Part shown: one piece after another, positions 6,953 to 16,797 of the stretch
Numbering within the stretch: the first letter of the stretch is position 1
Layout of the letters: each line of letters starts with the position of its first letter
Assembly: GCF_000016745.1 (NCBI RefSeq)
Contig: NC_009483.1
Location: 4,170,001 to 4,202,000, forward strand
Direction of reading: 5' to 3'
Origin: Geotalea uraniireducens Rf4
Lineage (GTDB): Bacteria; Desulfobacterota; Desulfuromonadia; Geobacterales; Geobacteraceae
DNA: 32,000 nt
Notes under the pieces: generated by a model
Seen by the model: only the letters and a program-made list of their open reading frames with translations
Told to the model about the DNA's origin: nothing
The model's database searches: none
Position numbers and translations under genes: made by a program

Positions 6953-8212
6953 TCATCCGAAGTACTTCCTGATGCAGGCCCCCAGCTTCCCCCGCAACAG
7001 TCCCTCATCCTCGCGGCAGAGCTCTTCGTAAAAGGACGCGGCATGTTCCAGAAAAAGATCCGCAATGGCCGGATCGAAGTGGGTTCCCCTTGATTCCCGG
7101 ATAATCCCTGTCGAAACGTCGAAGCTGAAAGGTTTTTTGTAGGGACGCCTGGAGGTAAGGGCATCAAACACATCAGCTACGGCAAATATGCGTGCGTTGA
7201 GCGGAATGGCTTCCGCCGTCAGCCCCCCCAGGTAACCGCTACCGTCAAATTTCTCATGATGGCAGCGAACCACATCAACCGCATCCTTCAGCCAGTCATA
7301 GCTACAGACAATGTCCTCGCCGTGCCTCACGTGGGTCTTCATTATCTCGAATTCCTCATCGGTCAACTTTCCCGACTTGAGGAGGATCGAATCCGTGATG
7401 GCGATCTTTCCCACATCATGCAGGAAGGCCCCCTTGATCAGCCCCTGCATGGCAGTGTTCGAGAGCCCTAACTTCTCCCCGAGGCGTACCGAGTAGATCG
7501 TCACCCGGTAGTTGTGGATATTGGTGTCGCTGTCTCGTTTGGCGATGGCACTTCCCAGCACCTCCAACATACCGATATTAGCCTGCGCCAGAATGTGCGA
7601 GTAATCGATGAGTTTGCGGTTGAGCCGGATTATGAGCGGATACAGCGATAAGCTTGTCACGAAAATTACCAGCACAAGCAAGATGAGAGACCAGAGGGTT
7701 TGGCGTTTTATCTGCGTTATGATCTCTTCGGGCGCATGATAAATCCCTTCCATGTAACCGAGTTTGGTTCCCGTGCGGCTATTAATCGGGACAAATACCC
7801 TCAGGTAGGTCTCATTGCCCACCATCATCTTCTGGCGGCGCACTCCCCCCTTCCGGGCAAAGTCGGAAGTATGCTTGGGAAGCCTGGTTTCCACCGCTTT
7901 GGCAGAAGGTTTTACCACCTCGGCGATTTTGTTCGAGCCGGCGTCATAGAATTCGACCACGATGAAGTTGCCGCGGTCAAATATGTCATGAATCTTACGG
8001 TTGAGAAGCGCAAGGGTCTGCCCGGAAGGGAATCCCAGATAGGTGGTAAACTCGGCGGAGTAGTTCGCGGCCTCGGTTTCGGCCATATTAACAACGTGAT
8101 TGTCCAGTCGGGCATTGCCGAAATAATGGACCAACCCGCCGATCAATACCGACAAGACGAGCCAGACGGCCGCAAGCCTGAGTATCAGCCAGCGGTGGAG
8201 GTTATCAAACAT
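6953..8212 (-). CDS. Membrane-anchored sensor with a C-terminal HD-GYP domain (c-di-GMP phosphodiesterase type)
   Basis: 419 aa with two hydrophobic segments flanking a periplasmic-looking region. The HD motif is FLHDVGKI and the signature is HHEKFDGSGYLGG. Confidence 0.85.
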   Translation of the reverse strand: MFDNLHRWLILRLAAVWLVLSVLIGGLVHYFGNARLDNHVVNMAETEAANYSAEFTTYLGFPSGQTLALLNRKIHDIFDRGNFIVVEFYDAGSNKIAEVVKPSAKAVETRLPKHTSDFARKGGVRRQKMMVGNETYLRVFVPINSRTGTKLGYMEGIYHAPEEIITQIKRQTLWSLILLVLVIFVTSLSLYPLIIRLNRKLIDYSHILAQANIGMLEVLGSAIAKRDSDTNIHNYRVTIYSVRLGEKLGLSNTAMQGLIKGAFLHDVGKIAITDSILLKSGKLTDEEFEIMKTHVRHGEDIVCSYDWLKDAVDVVRCHHEKFDGSGYLGGLTAEAIPLNARIFAVADVFDALTSRRPYKKPFSFDVSTGIIRESRGTHFDPAIADLFLEHAASFYEELCREDEGLLRGKLGACIRKYFG

Positions 8213-8268
8213 TTATGGGTGCCCTCCTCATGTTTCCGGTTGTTTGGAGAAGGCGAGCAGACCGGCCG

Positions 8269-8685
8269 TCAGGATCCGGCCCCCCCGTTCTTCTGGAGAA
8301 ACGCGGCGAACTCCATGTCGATGCGGCTGATATGTTGAATCAACCAGGCGACCAGTGTCTGGTTTGTCTGGATAACAAGCGGCAACGTTGCCCCTTCCCT
8401 CCTGAACTGGGATTCCAGCCGATCAACGTCCTCGGTGAAGCGTGTGTGCTGCGCTTTGTGCGCATCATACCCGGGGTAGTTATGCCTGAGCTGGAGCCGC
8501 TCCTCGGCGGCAAAATGGGATTTGATATAGTCATCGAGAAACAGCAGGAGCCGCAGCACCTCATCCCTCCCTTTACCTTCGTTGCATGCGCTCAGCAGGG
8601 AGTCGAACCGGCTGAACAGCTCTTTGTGCTGATTGTCGATTTCCGCCACCCCGGTCGCCAGATTGTTATTCCATTCGATAGACAT
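8269..8685 (-). CDS. Bacteriohemerythrin-like protein
   Basis: 138 aa starting MSIEWNNNLATGVAEIDNQHKELF. It carries H....E, H...H and H....D spacing (IKSHFAAEE, HKAQH, LIQHISRID) typical of hemerythrin cation-binding domains. Confidence 0.85.
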   Translation of the reverse strand: MSIEWNNNLATGVAEIDNQHKELFSRFDSLLSACNEGKGRDEVLRLLLFLDDYIKSHFAAEERLQLRHNYPGYDAHKAQHTRFTEDVDRLESQFRREGATLPLVIQTNQTLVAWLIQHISRIDMEFAAFLQKNGGAGS

Positions 8686-8708
8686 GTAGTTCCTCCTTGT
8701 TTGGTTTA

Positions 8709-9326
8709 TTAAATTGATTCGTTCCTAGGTACGACATGTTTCCAGTTTACAAGATCGAGCCAGAAATATTCCTTCTGCGACAACTTCAGGAAGGCGGCCA
8801 CCACCTCCGGCATGAACATTCCTCCGGACTGAGCCTCGATCTGCCGGCAGATACGTTTCCTCTGGCCGAGAATGTTTCCCGATGTGCGCAGCAGCACCGC
8901 CACCCTGTCGGCCAGGTGCAGGATATGACTACCGAAAGGCGCCCCGCCACCCTGCCGTGGCCGGCCGTCGCCGTCATCCGACCTGACATGGTGGAAACGG
9001 ATTATGTCTGCCACGCCGGCTAGCGGCTCAAAGCTGCTCAGCAGGCGCCACCCCATCTCGGCATGGCTATGGGGATTGTGAAATTCGAACTGCATGGTTT
9101 GCATCCGCTCCTGACCGGATAGTGCACCGATGTCATGAAGCTTGCCGGCCAGAAGCAGCTCGTTGCGATGCTTCTGCGGCAACCCCAGCTGGGCGGCCAC
9201 GCTGTAGGCCACATAGGCGACCCGTTGGTGGTGATTGAAGAGCGCGGGGTTTACCAGATCAATAACGTCCGACAGACAGGTGATCAGATCGGAAAGCTGG
9301 ATGTGCACTTTCTTTTTAACGAGCAT
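8709..9326 (-). CDS. HD-domain protein with a degenerate HD-GYP signature
   Basis: 205 aa with HHQRVAYVA and KLHDIGAL. It has FHHVRSDDGDGRP where HD-GYP enzymes have HHE.xDGSGYP. Confidence 0.7.
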   Translation of the reverse strand: MLVKKKVHIQLSDLITCLSDVIDLVNPALFNHHQRVAYVAYSVAAQLGLPQKHRNELLLAGKLHDIGALSGQERMQTMQFEFHNPHSHAEMGWRLLSSFEPLAGVADIIRFHHVRSDDGDGRPRQGGGAPFGSHILHLADRVAVLLRTSGNILGQRKRICRQIEAQSGGMFMPEVVAAFLKLSQKEYFWLDLVNWKHVVPRNESI

Positions 9327-9601
9327 GGGGCATTCTCTTTTTATCTGTCGCAGAAAAGCACCGCCCAGCGGCTTTATCGTGCGGTATTATTTTTAACAGG
9401 CCCAAAAATGACCAAAAAGGTCGTTTTTGTCAACATATTTCCTGCCAGGATTAAGGCACTTGATTTTTTGCAGAGGGGTTTTGCCTGGAATTGCTGAAAA
9501 CGAACCTTTTTCATTTGTAAAAACTCCCCGCTGCCTTGACACCTCAAGATTAAATTTTTTCCATTTGCACAGCAACGGTCTAATGGTAGATTATTAAATG
9601 A

Positions 9602-10165
9602 TTGAAGTTAAAACGTTTTAAACAAAAGCCACATAAAGAAAATACTCGCTCTGATATTTATTATATCGGCTTGCTCCTGTTTTTCTTTAGACTTGCGTCG
9701 GCAGGAACGGTGTGGGCGGAGGAGGCAAAAATGACCCGGAACGTATCCATGGATGAACTGGTGAAGTACGAAGTGCAGACCGCCATCAGTATGCTGGAGG
9801 CACTCCATGACAAAGTCCTGAAAAAGGAACTTTCCATGGAACAGGCAGAGAAACTGGGTGCCGACCTGTTGAGGAACCTTCGATACGGAGACAAGAACGA
9901 GGGGTATTTCTGGGCCGACACGCCGGAGGGTGTAAATGTCGTTCTGTACGGCAGGAAGGATGTAGAGGGGAAGAGCAGGTACGAAGCCAACATTATGGGA
10001 GTGGATTACGTCAAGGAGATTATAGCCAAGGGGTTGCAGCCGAACGGCGGATTCTCGGATTACTGGTTCACGAAAATGGGCGGAACGGAGTTAGTGCCGA
10101 AGCGCGCATATACCCTCCAGTTCAAACCGTTCGGATGGATTGTCGGAACTGGATACTATCCTTAA
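9602..10165 (+). CDS. Stand-alone Cache (sCache_2-like) sensor-domain protein with a putative signal peptide. The start is uncertain (TTG 9602, or ATG 9731 with a strong GGAGGAGG RBS).
   Basis: 187 aa. It shows Cache_2-like motifs (AISMLEALH, LRYGDKNEGYFWADT, GWIVGTGYY). It ends right after GTGYYP, where sensor proteins normally continue into a TM helix. Confidence 0.6.
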   Translation: MKLKRFKQKPHKENTRSDIYYIGLLLFFFRLASAGTVWAEEAKMTRNVSMDELVKYEVQTAISMLEALHDKVLKKELSMEQAEKLGADLLRNLRYGDKNEGYFWADTPEGVNVVLYGRKDVEGKSRYEANIMGVDYVKEIIAKGLQPNGGFSDYWFTKMGGTELVPKRAYTLQFKPFGWIVGTGYYP

Positions 10166-10201
10166 TCCGGCCCACCGCGTGATGCCCAGCCGTACGCGAA
10201 A

Positions 10202-10238
10202 GGAGAGTCCGTCCGCAAGCCGGACGGGCTCTCCTTTT
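10202..10238 (+). terminator. Rho-independent terminator after the Cache gene
   Basis: GGAGAGTCCGTCCG-caag(c)-CGGACGGGCTCTCC forms a 14-bp stem with one G-U pair, followed by TTTT. Confidence 0.7.
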
Positions 10239-10554
10239 CCAGCAGTCTCTCTGCTTCCTGAGGGGGCTTATTCCAATTTCAAATCAAGGATGAAATCAGG
10301 TCTTGACGAATGTGAATTCGGTGGCCGGCTCGATAAGGGCCAGTACCTGCGGGCTGGTCGGCAGCCCCGTGCTGTCCGGCTGTTCCCTGCCGAGGAGCTG
10401 TTAATGAATAGCATGGTCAAAATTGCGCTCTGATTTAGGTCAGATTTGGCCGAACTGATTGAGCTAAACCGCAGACGTAGCACGGCTACGTTGAGGATTT
10501 GGCGATTGAAGATCGGCTAAAGATGACCTGAAGATGAGATGCAAGATGCCCATA

Positions 10555-12480
10555 TTATTTGTTTACAGTTCCTTTCTTGTGACTGGCCGGCAAAAGCACC
10601 GTAAACTGCGTTCCTTCTCCGGGCCGGCTTTCCACCTGGATCTCGCCGCCATGACGCTTGATGATATTATACGTCAGGGCCAGGCCGAGGCCGATCCCCT
10701 TGCCGACCTCTTTGGTTGTAAAGAAGGGGTCCCAGATCCGGTCGATCTTATCCTGTGCGATACCGCAGCCGGTATCACGGATCCTGACGGAAACCGTCGT
10801 GTCATCCAGGTTCTCCGTCGTCAATTCCACCAGACCGGTCCCTTTGATCGACTGGTGGGCGTTTATCAGCAGGTTCATGCAGACCTGCCGCAATCCGGAC
10901 GGATCACCCAGGACAGAGTGGAGGTCTTTGCTCAGATGGGTAACGACTTCAATCTGTCGATAGATCTGCTGGTGCCGCAACAGCTCAAGAATTTCCAGCA
11001 GGACCACGTTCATATCCACCTCGACAGCAGAACCGTCCGATTTCCTGCTGAAACTGAGCAGGTGGTCGATGATCCCCTTGCAGCGGTAGGACTCCCGGAC
11101 GATTACTTCGAGGTAGTGCGGAAAGACATCCAGCCGGCAATCATCTTTCAAGGCCGGTTCGTCACGGAAACGCCTCAAAAGCCCTTCTGCGTAGCCCGCT
11201 ATCGAGGTGAGAGGGTTGTTGATTTCATGGGCGATTCCGGTGGCAAGCACGCCGATGCCCGACATTTTTTCGGTCTGGATCAGATGCATTTCCTGCAATC
11301 TTTTTTCCGAGATGTCCCTGAAAAAGACGAGTGCCCTGTTTTTCTCTCCCAGTGCGTCTTTGATGGGGGTGGCGGTTATGTCAAAATACAGGGTTTTTTG
11401 CCCTTCCCGTACGGAAACCTGAGACGTCTCCACCCGCTCGCCCCGGAGAGCCCTTTCGACGGGACAAAGTTGCGGCATGGATGGAGTTTCCGGATGAAAG
11501 ATGTCCCGGCAGGATTTCCCTGGAAGTATCTCCTTGGGATATAACTGCGGACTAATGAGATTATGATGCTGGATCAGGCCGTCATGGTCGTAGACCGTGA
11601 TACCGTCGCTGATCGAGTCGAAGATCGCCTGAAGTTCGTTAGTTTTGTTTCTCAGCTCGACTTCGGCCTGTTTCCGCTCAGTGATATCCTGGGTCGTGCC
11701 GTAGAGCCGCACCACCTTGCCGGCACTGTTCACCGACGGCTCGACGATGGAATAGACCCACCGGCAGCTGCCCTCGCCGAACTGCAGGCGGTGTTCGATC
11801 TCATAGCTCTTGCCATGTTCGACACCCAGCCGCAGGTGCCACATGACGTTCTCACGATCTTCGGAATGTACCACGCTGGCAAAGGACTCCTGGGTGGCCT
11901 CGTCGCGGCTGAGATGCATGATGCGCAGCAGTTCGTCGGAGGCCTTCACCTCTGAGGTGGTCGGGTCGAAGCTCCAGGAGCCCACGTGGGTCATGGACTG
12001 GGCCTTGGCCAGGTTGTATTCGCTCTCCGACAGGGCCCGTTCGGCCAGTTTCTTCTCGGTTATGTCCACCAGCACGGCCAGACACTCTTCCCCCGATTCG
12101 GTGACCATGGCCTCAATACGCACAAATAGCGGCTGTTTGTCTCGCTGCGCAAGACCCAGCCGGCAGGTTTCCTTGCCTTGGCTGCAGAAGACCGTGGCGA
12201 GATAATTGACGAATACGAACCACTCATCATCGGCTACGAATTCCCCGAAACGCCTGCCCACCAGATCATTACGTTCGACACCCAAAAGGCGCACACCGGT
12301 CAGGTTGACCGACTGAATAACTCCTTCACGGTCGAAAGTAAAATAACCTACCGGAGCAAAATCGTAAAGCAGGGCGTACTTGTTCCTTGATGCCTCCAGT
12401 TCCTCCTGGAACTTGCGCAATTCCTCGATCTTCGTCTCCAACTCGAGTTGGTGAGCATGATTTTCACGGAATTGTTTCAA
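10555..12480 (-). CDS. Multi-PAS sensor histidine kinase (no receiver domain)
   Basis: 641 aa with an N-terminal coiled coil and repeated PAS-like blocks. The H-box is [18 protein letters not shown]. The HATPase N, G1 and G2 boxes are [17 protein letters not shown] and GKGIGLGL. Confidence 0.9.
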   Translation of the reverse strand: MKQFRENHAHQLELETKIEELRKFQEELEASRNKYALLYDFAPVGYFTFDREGVIQSVNLTGVRLLGVERNDLVGRRFGEFVADDEWFVFVNYLATVFCSQGKETCRLGLAQRDKQPLFVRIEAMVTESGEECLAVLVDITEKKLAERALSESEYNLAKAQSMTHVGSWSFDPTTSEVKASDELLRIMHLSRDEATQESFASVVHSEDRENVMWHLRLGVEHGKSYEIEHRLQFGEGSCRWVYSIVEPSVNSAGKVVRLYGTTQDITERKQAEVELRNKTNELQAIFDSISDGITVYDHDGLIQHHNLISPQLYPKEILPGKSCRDIFHPETPSMPQLCPVERALRGERVETSQVSVREGQKTLYFDITATPIKDALGEKNRALVFFRDISEKRLQEMHLIQTEKMSGIGVLATGIAHEINNPLTSIAGYAEGLLRRFRDEPALKDDCRLDVFPHYLEVIVRESYRCKGIIDHLLSFSRKSDGSAVEVDMNVVLLEILELLRHQQIYRQIEVVTHLSKDLHSVLGDPSGLRQVCMNLLINAHQSIKGTGLVELTTENLDDTTVSVRIRDTGCGIAQDKIDRIWDPFFTTKEVGKGIGLGLALTYNIIKRHGGEIQVESRPGEGTQFTVLLPASHKKGTVNK

Positions 12481-12609
12481 AGTTTGGTCACCTTATCATC
12501 TTCTTGTAGTTCACTCCAAGGGCGTCGGCGGTCCAGATGGAGACTCGACCATGGCGACGGTTACGGGAAACCAGGAGGCAGGATAGTTTGCCTTCGGCGG
12601 TGGCCGTTG

Positions 12610-14016
12610 TCACCAATGGCTGCGCCCGCCAGGGTCGAAACTCGGCTGACTGCCGCCACTTGTACCACGCTTATAGTAGTCCTTGGAATCATAGGTTTCC
12701 GCTGCTTTGGCTTCCTGCAGGCGTTTTTTGTCAATCGGATCTGCCCGGTCGGCATATATGTCTCGCAGCAGGTTTTCGACGACCATGCTCAGATCTTCCA
12801 CCGTTTTTACTACCTCCACCTTGTCGCAATATGCGCCGTAGATATCCATCAGACAGTCGCCGCGACTCCAGGTATCACGATCTTCCGGGGTAAGCCAGAG
12901 CATATAGCGGGCCTTCTCGCGGATCTCGTCCAGCACCCAGTCGTTGGCCTCGTCGTAGTTGTTGCGTGCATCTCCCAGGATGATAAAGGCCGGTCTCCCC
13001 CGCAGGTTTTCCAGATACCTTTTCTTGAAGTTCAGAAACACCTGGCCGAAACTGCTATTTTCATCCAGATCAACGATGTCCCCCTTGTCAATGGTTTCCA
13101 TCAGGTCGTTGACAGGCATGTTTGCCAGCATTTCTGTGATTTCCGCCACTTCCCGATTGAAGATGAAACTGCGGACATCCAGCATCTGATTATGCAGGGT
13201 ATGAAGAAGCAGCAGCATGAAGCGGGAGGCATGGCTCACGGAAAAGCTGACATCACACAGAACCACCAGTCGCGGTTTTTCCCTCCGTTTTCGACGTAAT
13301 GCCACCTGGAACGGCACCATGTCGTGACGGTAATTTTTCTGGATCGTCTTGATGACGTGGAGTTTTCCGCGATTCTGATTATTCTTCATCCGTTTCATAT
13401 CTTTGCGCAGACGCAGCATCATGCGGGAAACCACGTCCTGCATGGCGGCCTGCTCTTCAGGCGTAAAGGTGACGCCCCTGTTGGTGCTGTTGCTCTTGTT
13501 AAGCTCGATCGTGAGCGGATTCTGCGTATAGCGTCGCGACGGCCGGGGCGCTTTCGACTTTCCGCGGTACCCCTTCATCTGGACAACTATTTCAATACCA
13601 TCCGTGTCGTCCGGATCAATCTCTGTCAGGCTTTTCAGCTCGGCTAAATCTTCCGGATTGATATCGCTGTCAAGTTTGAGCAGCGGGCCGTTCTCATCGT
13701 GATCGTCACCCGGCAGTTGGTCGAGGTAGTTGAATTCCCCCTCCATGCCGATGATGGCGGCGTCCATGAGATCGGGAATATCGACGTCCGGGTCGACAGA
13801 CTGGAACCGGCTGAAAAAACGGTTGAAGACCTCATTGAATACCGGAATGTCATTGACATTCTTCACCAGAGTCAGACGCAGGAGCCGCCGGGTCAACCGG
13901 CGCCGTTCCATTCCGGCCAGCGCCAGGGCCTGGACCGCATCCAGGCTTTCACCTGGTGATACGCGGATGCCGCTTTCACGAAGAGCGGCGACGAAACGGG
14001 TGATTATTCGTTCCAT
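12610..14016 (-). CDS. VWA-domain protein of the CoxE type (partner of the MoxR/CoxD ATPase)
   Basis: 468 aa. The N-terminus is RFVAALRESGIRVSPGESLDAVQAL. A MIDAS-like VVLCDVSFSVS is present, along with the C-terminal block AFIILGDARNNY. It starts 2 nt after the MoxR stop. Confidence 0.75.
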   Translation of the reverse strand: MERIITRFVAALRESGIRVSPGESLDAVQALALAGMERRRLTRRLLRLTLVKNVNDIPVFNEVFNRFFSRFQSVDPDVDIPDLMDAAIIGMEGEFNYLDQLPGDDHDENGPLLKLDSDINPEDLAELKSLTEIDPDDTDGIEIVVQMKGYRGKSKAPRPSRRYTQNPLTIELNKSNSTNRGVTFTPEEQAAMQDVVSRMMLRLRKDMKRMKNNQNRGKLHVIKTIQKNYRHDMVPFQVALRRKRREKPRLVVLCDVSFSVSHASRFMLLLLHTLHNQMLDVRSFIFNREVAEITEMLANMPVNDLMETIDKGDIVDLDENSSFGQVFLNFKKRYLENLRGRPAFIILGDARNNYDEANDWVLDEIREKARYMLWLTPEDRDTWSRGDCLMDIYGAYCDKVEVVKTVEDLSMVVENLLRDIYADRADPIDKKRLQEAKAAETYDSKDYYKRGTSGGSQPSFDPGGRSHW

Positions 14017-14018
14017 GG

Positions 14019-15065
14019 CTAGCTCATTTCCTGCACAGCCAGTTCCGTAACCTTCTGCAGGTCTGTCTGGTGTTTGGCAATCACGCCGACGGTATTGGCT
14101 ACCACCTCCGGTGTAAGCTGTGTCGCCTTCATGATCGAAAGCACCTGTGCCCAGTCAAGGGTTTCGGAAACACTGGGGGGCTTGCGCAGATTCAGTTCGC
14201 GGGCCTTACGCAGGAATGCCACCATCTGCTGTGCCAGATCCCCGCAGAGGTCGGGGAATTTTGCCCGGACGATCGCTACTTCCCGCTCCAGCTCCGGATA
14301 ACCGATATAGAGATACAGGCAGCGCCGGCGCAACGCGTCGGAGATCATCCGCGTGCCGTTACTGGTCAGGATCGTCAGCGGCTTTCTCTTGGCCTCGATT
14401 ACCCCCAATTCGGGGATCGAAACCTGAAAGTCGCTCAGACACTCCAGAAGCAGCGCTTCGAATTCATCGTCGGAGCGGTCGATCTCATCGATAAGCAACA
14501 GCGAACGTTTTTCGGACAAGAAACTGCGCAGAATCGGTCGCTGTACCAGGAAATTTTTTGAAAAAAACAGGCTCTCTTCGGCAGAAAGACGCTCGACGGC
14601 TTCCCGCAGGTCAGCTGATACGGAGAGGTAGGTATCTAGCTGGGTACGCAGCAATTGGGTATAGAGCAGCTGTTTGCCGTACTCCCAATCATAGAGTGCC
14701 TTTCCCTCGTCGATCCCTTCGTAGCACTGCAGTCTCACCAGGGGAAAATCCAGGGCAGAGGAGAGGGCCTTGGCCAGGCCGGTCTTCCCTACACCGGGAG
14801 GGCCTTCGATCAGGATCGGCTTCTCCATGTGGATGGCCAGAAAAACGGCGGTGGCGATGGCATCGTCGGCGATGTAGCCACTTGTGTTGAGAAGATCCTT
14901 AACCCCTTGTTCGGTAATCATGATGGCCTCGTAACGTTGAATTTTATATCTGTTAGTACTGTCTTTCATTGCAATCTTTGCGCCGGCAAGAGAACATTGT
15001 TTTAGATATTCAGATGCGGTGCGGACAGCTAATAAAATAAGCCGCTGGCGCCCGGTGAGGGACAT
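14019..15065 (-). CDS. MoxR/CoxD-like AAA+ ATPase. The true start is probably the internal ATG at 14969 or 14921.
   Basis: Walker A is LIEGPPGVGKTGLAKAL and Walker B is LLLIDEIDRSDDE. The size and the VWA partner downstream fit the MoxR family. Confidence 0.85.
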   Translation of the reverse strand: MSLTGRQRLILLAVRTASEYLKQCSLAGAKIAMKDSTNRYKIQRYEAIMITEQGVKDLLNTSGYIADDAIATAVFLAIHMEKPILIEGPPGVGKTGLAKALSSALDFPLVRLQCYEGIDEGKALYDWEYGKQLLYTQLLRTQLDTYLSVSADLREAVERLSAEESLFFSKNFLVQRPILRSFLSEKRSLLLIDEIDRSDDEFEALLLECLSDFQVSIPELGVIEAKRKPLTILTSNGTRMISDALRRRCLYLYIGYPELEREVAIVRAKFPDLCGDLAQQMVAFLRKARELNLRKPPSVSETLDWAQVLSIMKATQLTPEVVANTVGVIAKHQTDLQKVTELAVQEMS

Positions 15066-15124
15066 CTTCCCTCCGGGGCCAGCGGCATAAAATTACAAAG
15101 TCAGGCAACGAATTACTATAATAA

Positions 15125-16330
15125 TTACATGCACTGGTGGAAGATGCCGATCATATCCTGCAGACCGGTATCGGTTGGGTTGCCCTCTGTGCAGATATCG
15201 TTCACGGAGAAACGCGACAGGCCTTCTACGTCTTTTTCAAGCAGACCGAGATCCGTGAAGGTCTTGGTGATGCCCAGATCGGCTTTCAGTTCCAAACAAG
15301 CCTGAATAAATGCTTCGCCAGCTTTCATATCGGACATTCCGCTTACGTCAATACCGGCAGCCTGTGCCATCATCCTGAAGCGCTCCGGGCAGGCCGGCAG
15401 GTTGAACTTCATGACCGGACCGAGACCGATGGCATTGCAGAGACCATGAGGAGCATCGTACATACCGCCCAGAGCATGGGCCATACTGTGAATAAGGCCA
15501 AGACCGGCGCTGTTGAAGCTGTAGGCGGCGGCCATTTCAGCCCATACCATCGCCTCGACAGCTTTGTCGTTGTTTCTGTTCATTGCCGATTGACGCAGGT
15601 TGCCGAAGATCAGCGAAATGGCGCTCAGGCCGGGGCCGTATGCGGAGACAACACCCAGACGGGATGTGATTGCTTCAACGCCGTGAGCAAGGGCATCCAT
15701 GCCGGTGTAACCGGCCAGGTCGCCAGACATACACTGGTGGATCAGCGGGTCATTGACGGATTTGCTGGGTGTACAGTTGGGATCGAACAAGGCCATCTTG
15801 TACTTCTTGTCGGTATGGTTGATGATCGAGAAGCAGGACACTTCCGAACCGGTACCTGAAGTGGTGTTGATGGCAAGCTGGGGAATCGTGTTGGCCTTGG
15901 TTGCCTTGAAAGCACCTTCAAAGCTTCTGACATCCTGACCGTCATGGCTGTGAACGAGTTTGATGGCCTTGCAGCAGTCGTGGGAGCTGCCGCCGCCGAG
16001 GCTGATGATACCGTCGAATTTGCCGGCGGCCAATACCTTGGCGCCTGCCATGACTTCATGATCTTTCGGGTTCGGTGTAACTTTGTCAAACACCTCGGAA
16101 GCAACCCCGGCAGCCTTCAGTACGCCCTGGATTGTCTCGACAATGCCGGTGCCGCGCAGGCCGGTAGTTACGATCAGCGCATTGGTCATACCCAGCGCCT
16201 TGGCGTCATTGCCAACCATCGTATGTGCACCCCAACCGACATTTACGGAAGGATATGCGTGCATCATCTTGATCGGGTATTCCAGCCTTTCGTTCTTCAG
16301 GGTCCGTTTTACATCTTTGTTGTGAGACAT
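15125..16330 (-). CDS. Iron-type (group III) alcohol dehydrogenase, paralog 1 (ADH1)
   Basis: 401 aa with GGGSSHDCCKAI and metal-site histidines (DALAHGVE, LIHSMAHALGGMYDAPHG). An AAGGAGGAAG RBS is present. The N-terminal region (YPIK...GWGAH...LIVTTGLRGTGI) reminds me of the nicotinoprotein methanol/NDMA-dependent subgroup, but this is not verified. Confidence 0.88.
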   Translation of the reverse strand: MSHNKDVKRTLKNERLEYPIKMMHAYPSVNVGWGAHTMVGNDAKALGMTNALIVTTGLRGTGIVETIQGVLKAAGVASEVFDKVTPNPKDHEVMAGAKVLAAGKFDGIISLGGGSSHDCCKAIKLVHSHDGQDVRSFEGAFKATKANTIPQLAINTTSGTGSEVSCFSIINHTDKKYKMALFDPNCTPSKSVNDPLIHQCMSGDLAGYTGMDALAHGVEAITSRLGVVSAYGPGLSAISLIFGNLRQSAMNRNNDKAVEAMVWAEMAAAYSFNSAGLGLIHSMAHALGGMYDAPHGLCNAIGLGPVMKFNLPACPERFRMMAQAAGIDVSGMSDMKAGEAFIQACLELKADLGITKTFTDLGLLEKDVEGLSRFSVNDICTEGNPTDTGLQDMIGIFHQCM

Positions 16331-16535
16331 AGGTACTTCCTCCTTGTGTGATGTGTGCTCTTTACGTTGCAGTTTTTATTTAGTGCTTTAAAACGATACG
16401 GCCACCGGGACTAAGACTCTTTACTGACTTAACTACCACCCCCTTATAACTTCGTTTTAGTATATTTCTGACAACCATGGAAAGAACCGCTTTACACTAC
16501 TATATGGTTCAACTTGGCCTCATAACCCATGACAT

Positions 16536-16551
16536 AGCAAGTTAGATGCCA
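16536..16551 (-). promoter_or_regulatory. sigma54 promoter for ADH1
   Basis: The minus strand reads TGGCAT-CTAAC-TTGCT, about 205 nt upstream of the ATG at 16330. Confidence 0.65.
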
Positions 16552-16693
16552 ATAGAAACATTGGTTTATTTTTGCCACTTTTAGGCGCTTTGCTGTGATT
16601 TTAAGAATATAGCCAGCCGGGCATTGCGGGGAATTATGAAACATTTTTTTAAACAATAGCCCTGTTTATGCCTCAGCAGCGCTATGGATATTA

Positions 16694-16706
16694 TCCACAC
16701 TGGGGA
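16694..16706. promoter_or_regulatory. Candidate UAS site TCCACACTGGGGA
   Basis: It lies about 150 bp upstream of the ADH1 -24 element. It is near-identical to the site at 6622-6634 and in the same orientation relative to the gene. Confidence 0.5.
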
Positions 16707-16797
16707 ATTTCACCACGTTGATTAAAGGAAGGGGATCAGAAATAGAGGGAGAAATACAAAAAAAATGCAGTAATCCGGTTAATCGTCAGAATAATTC

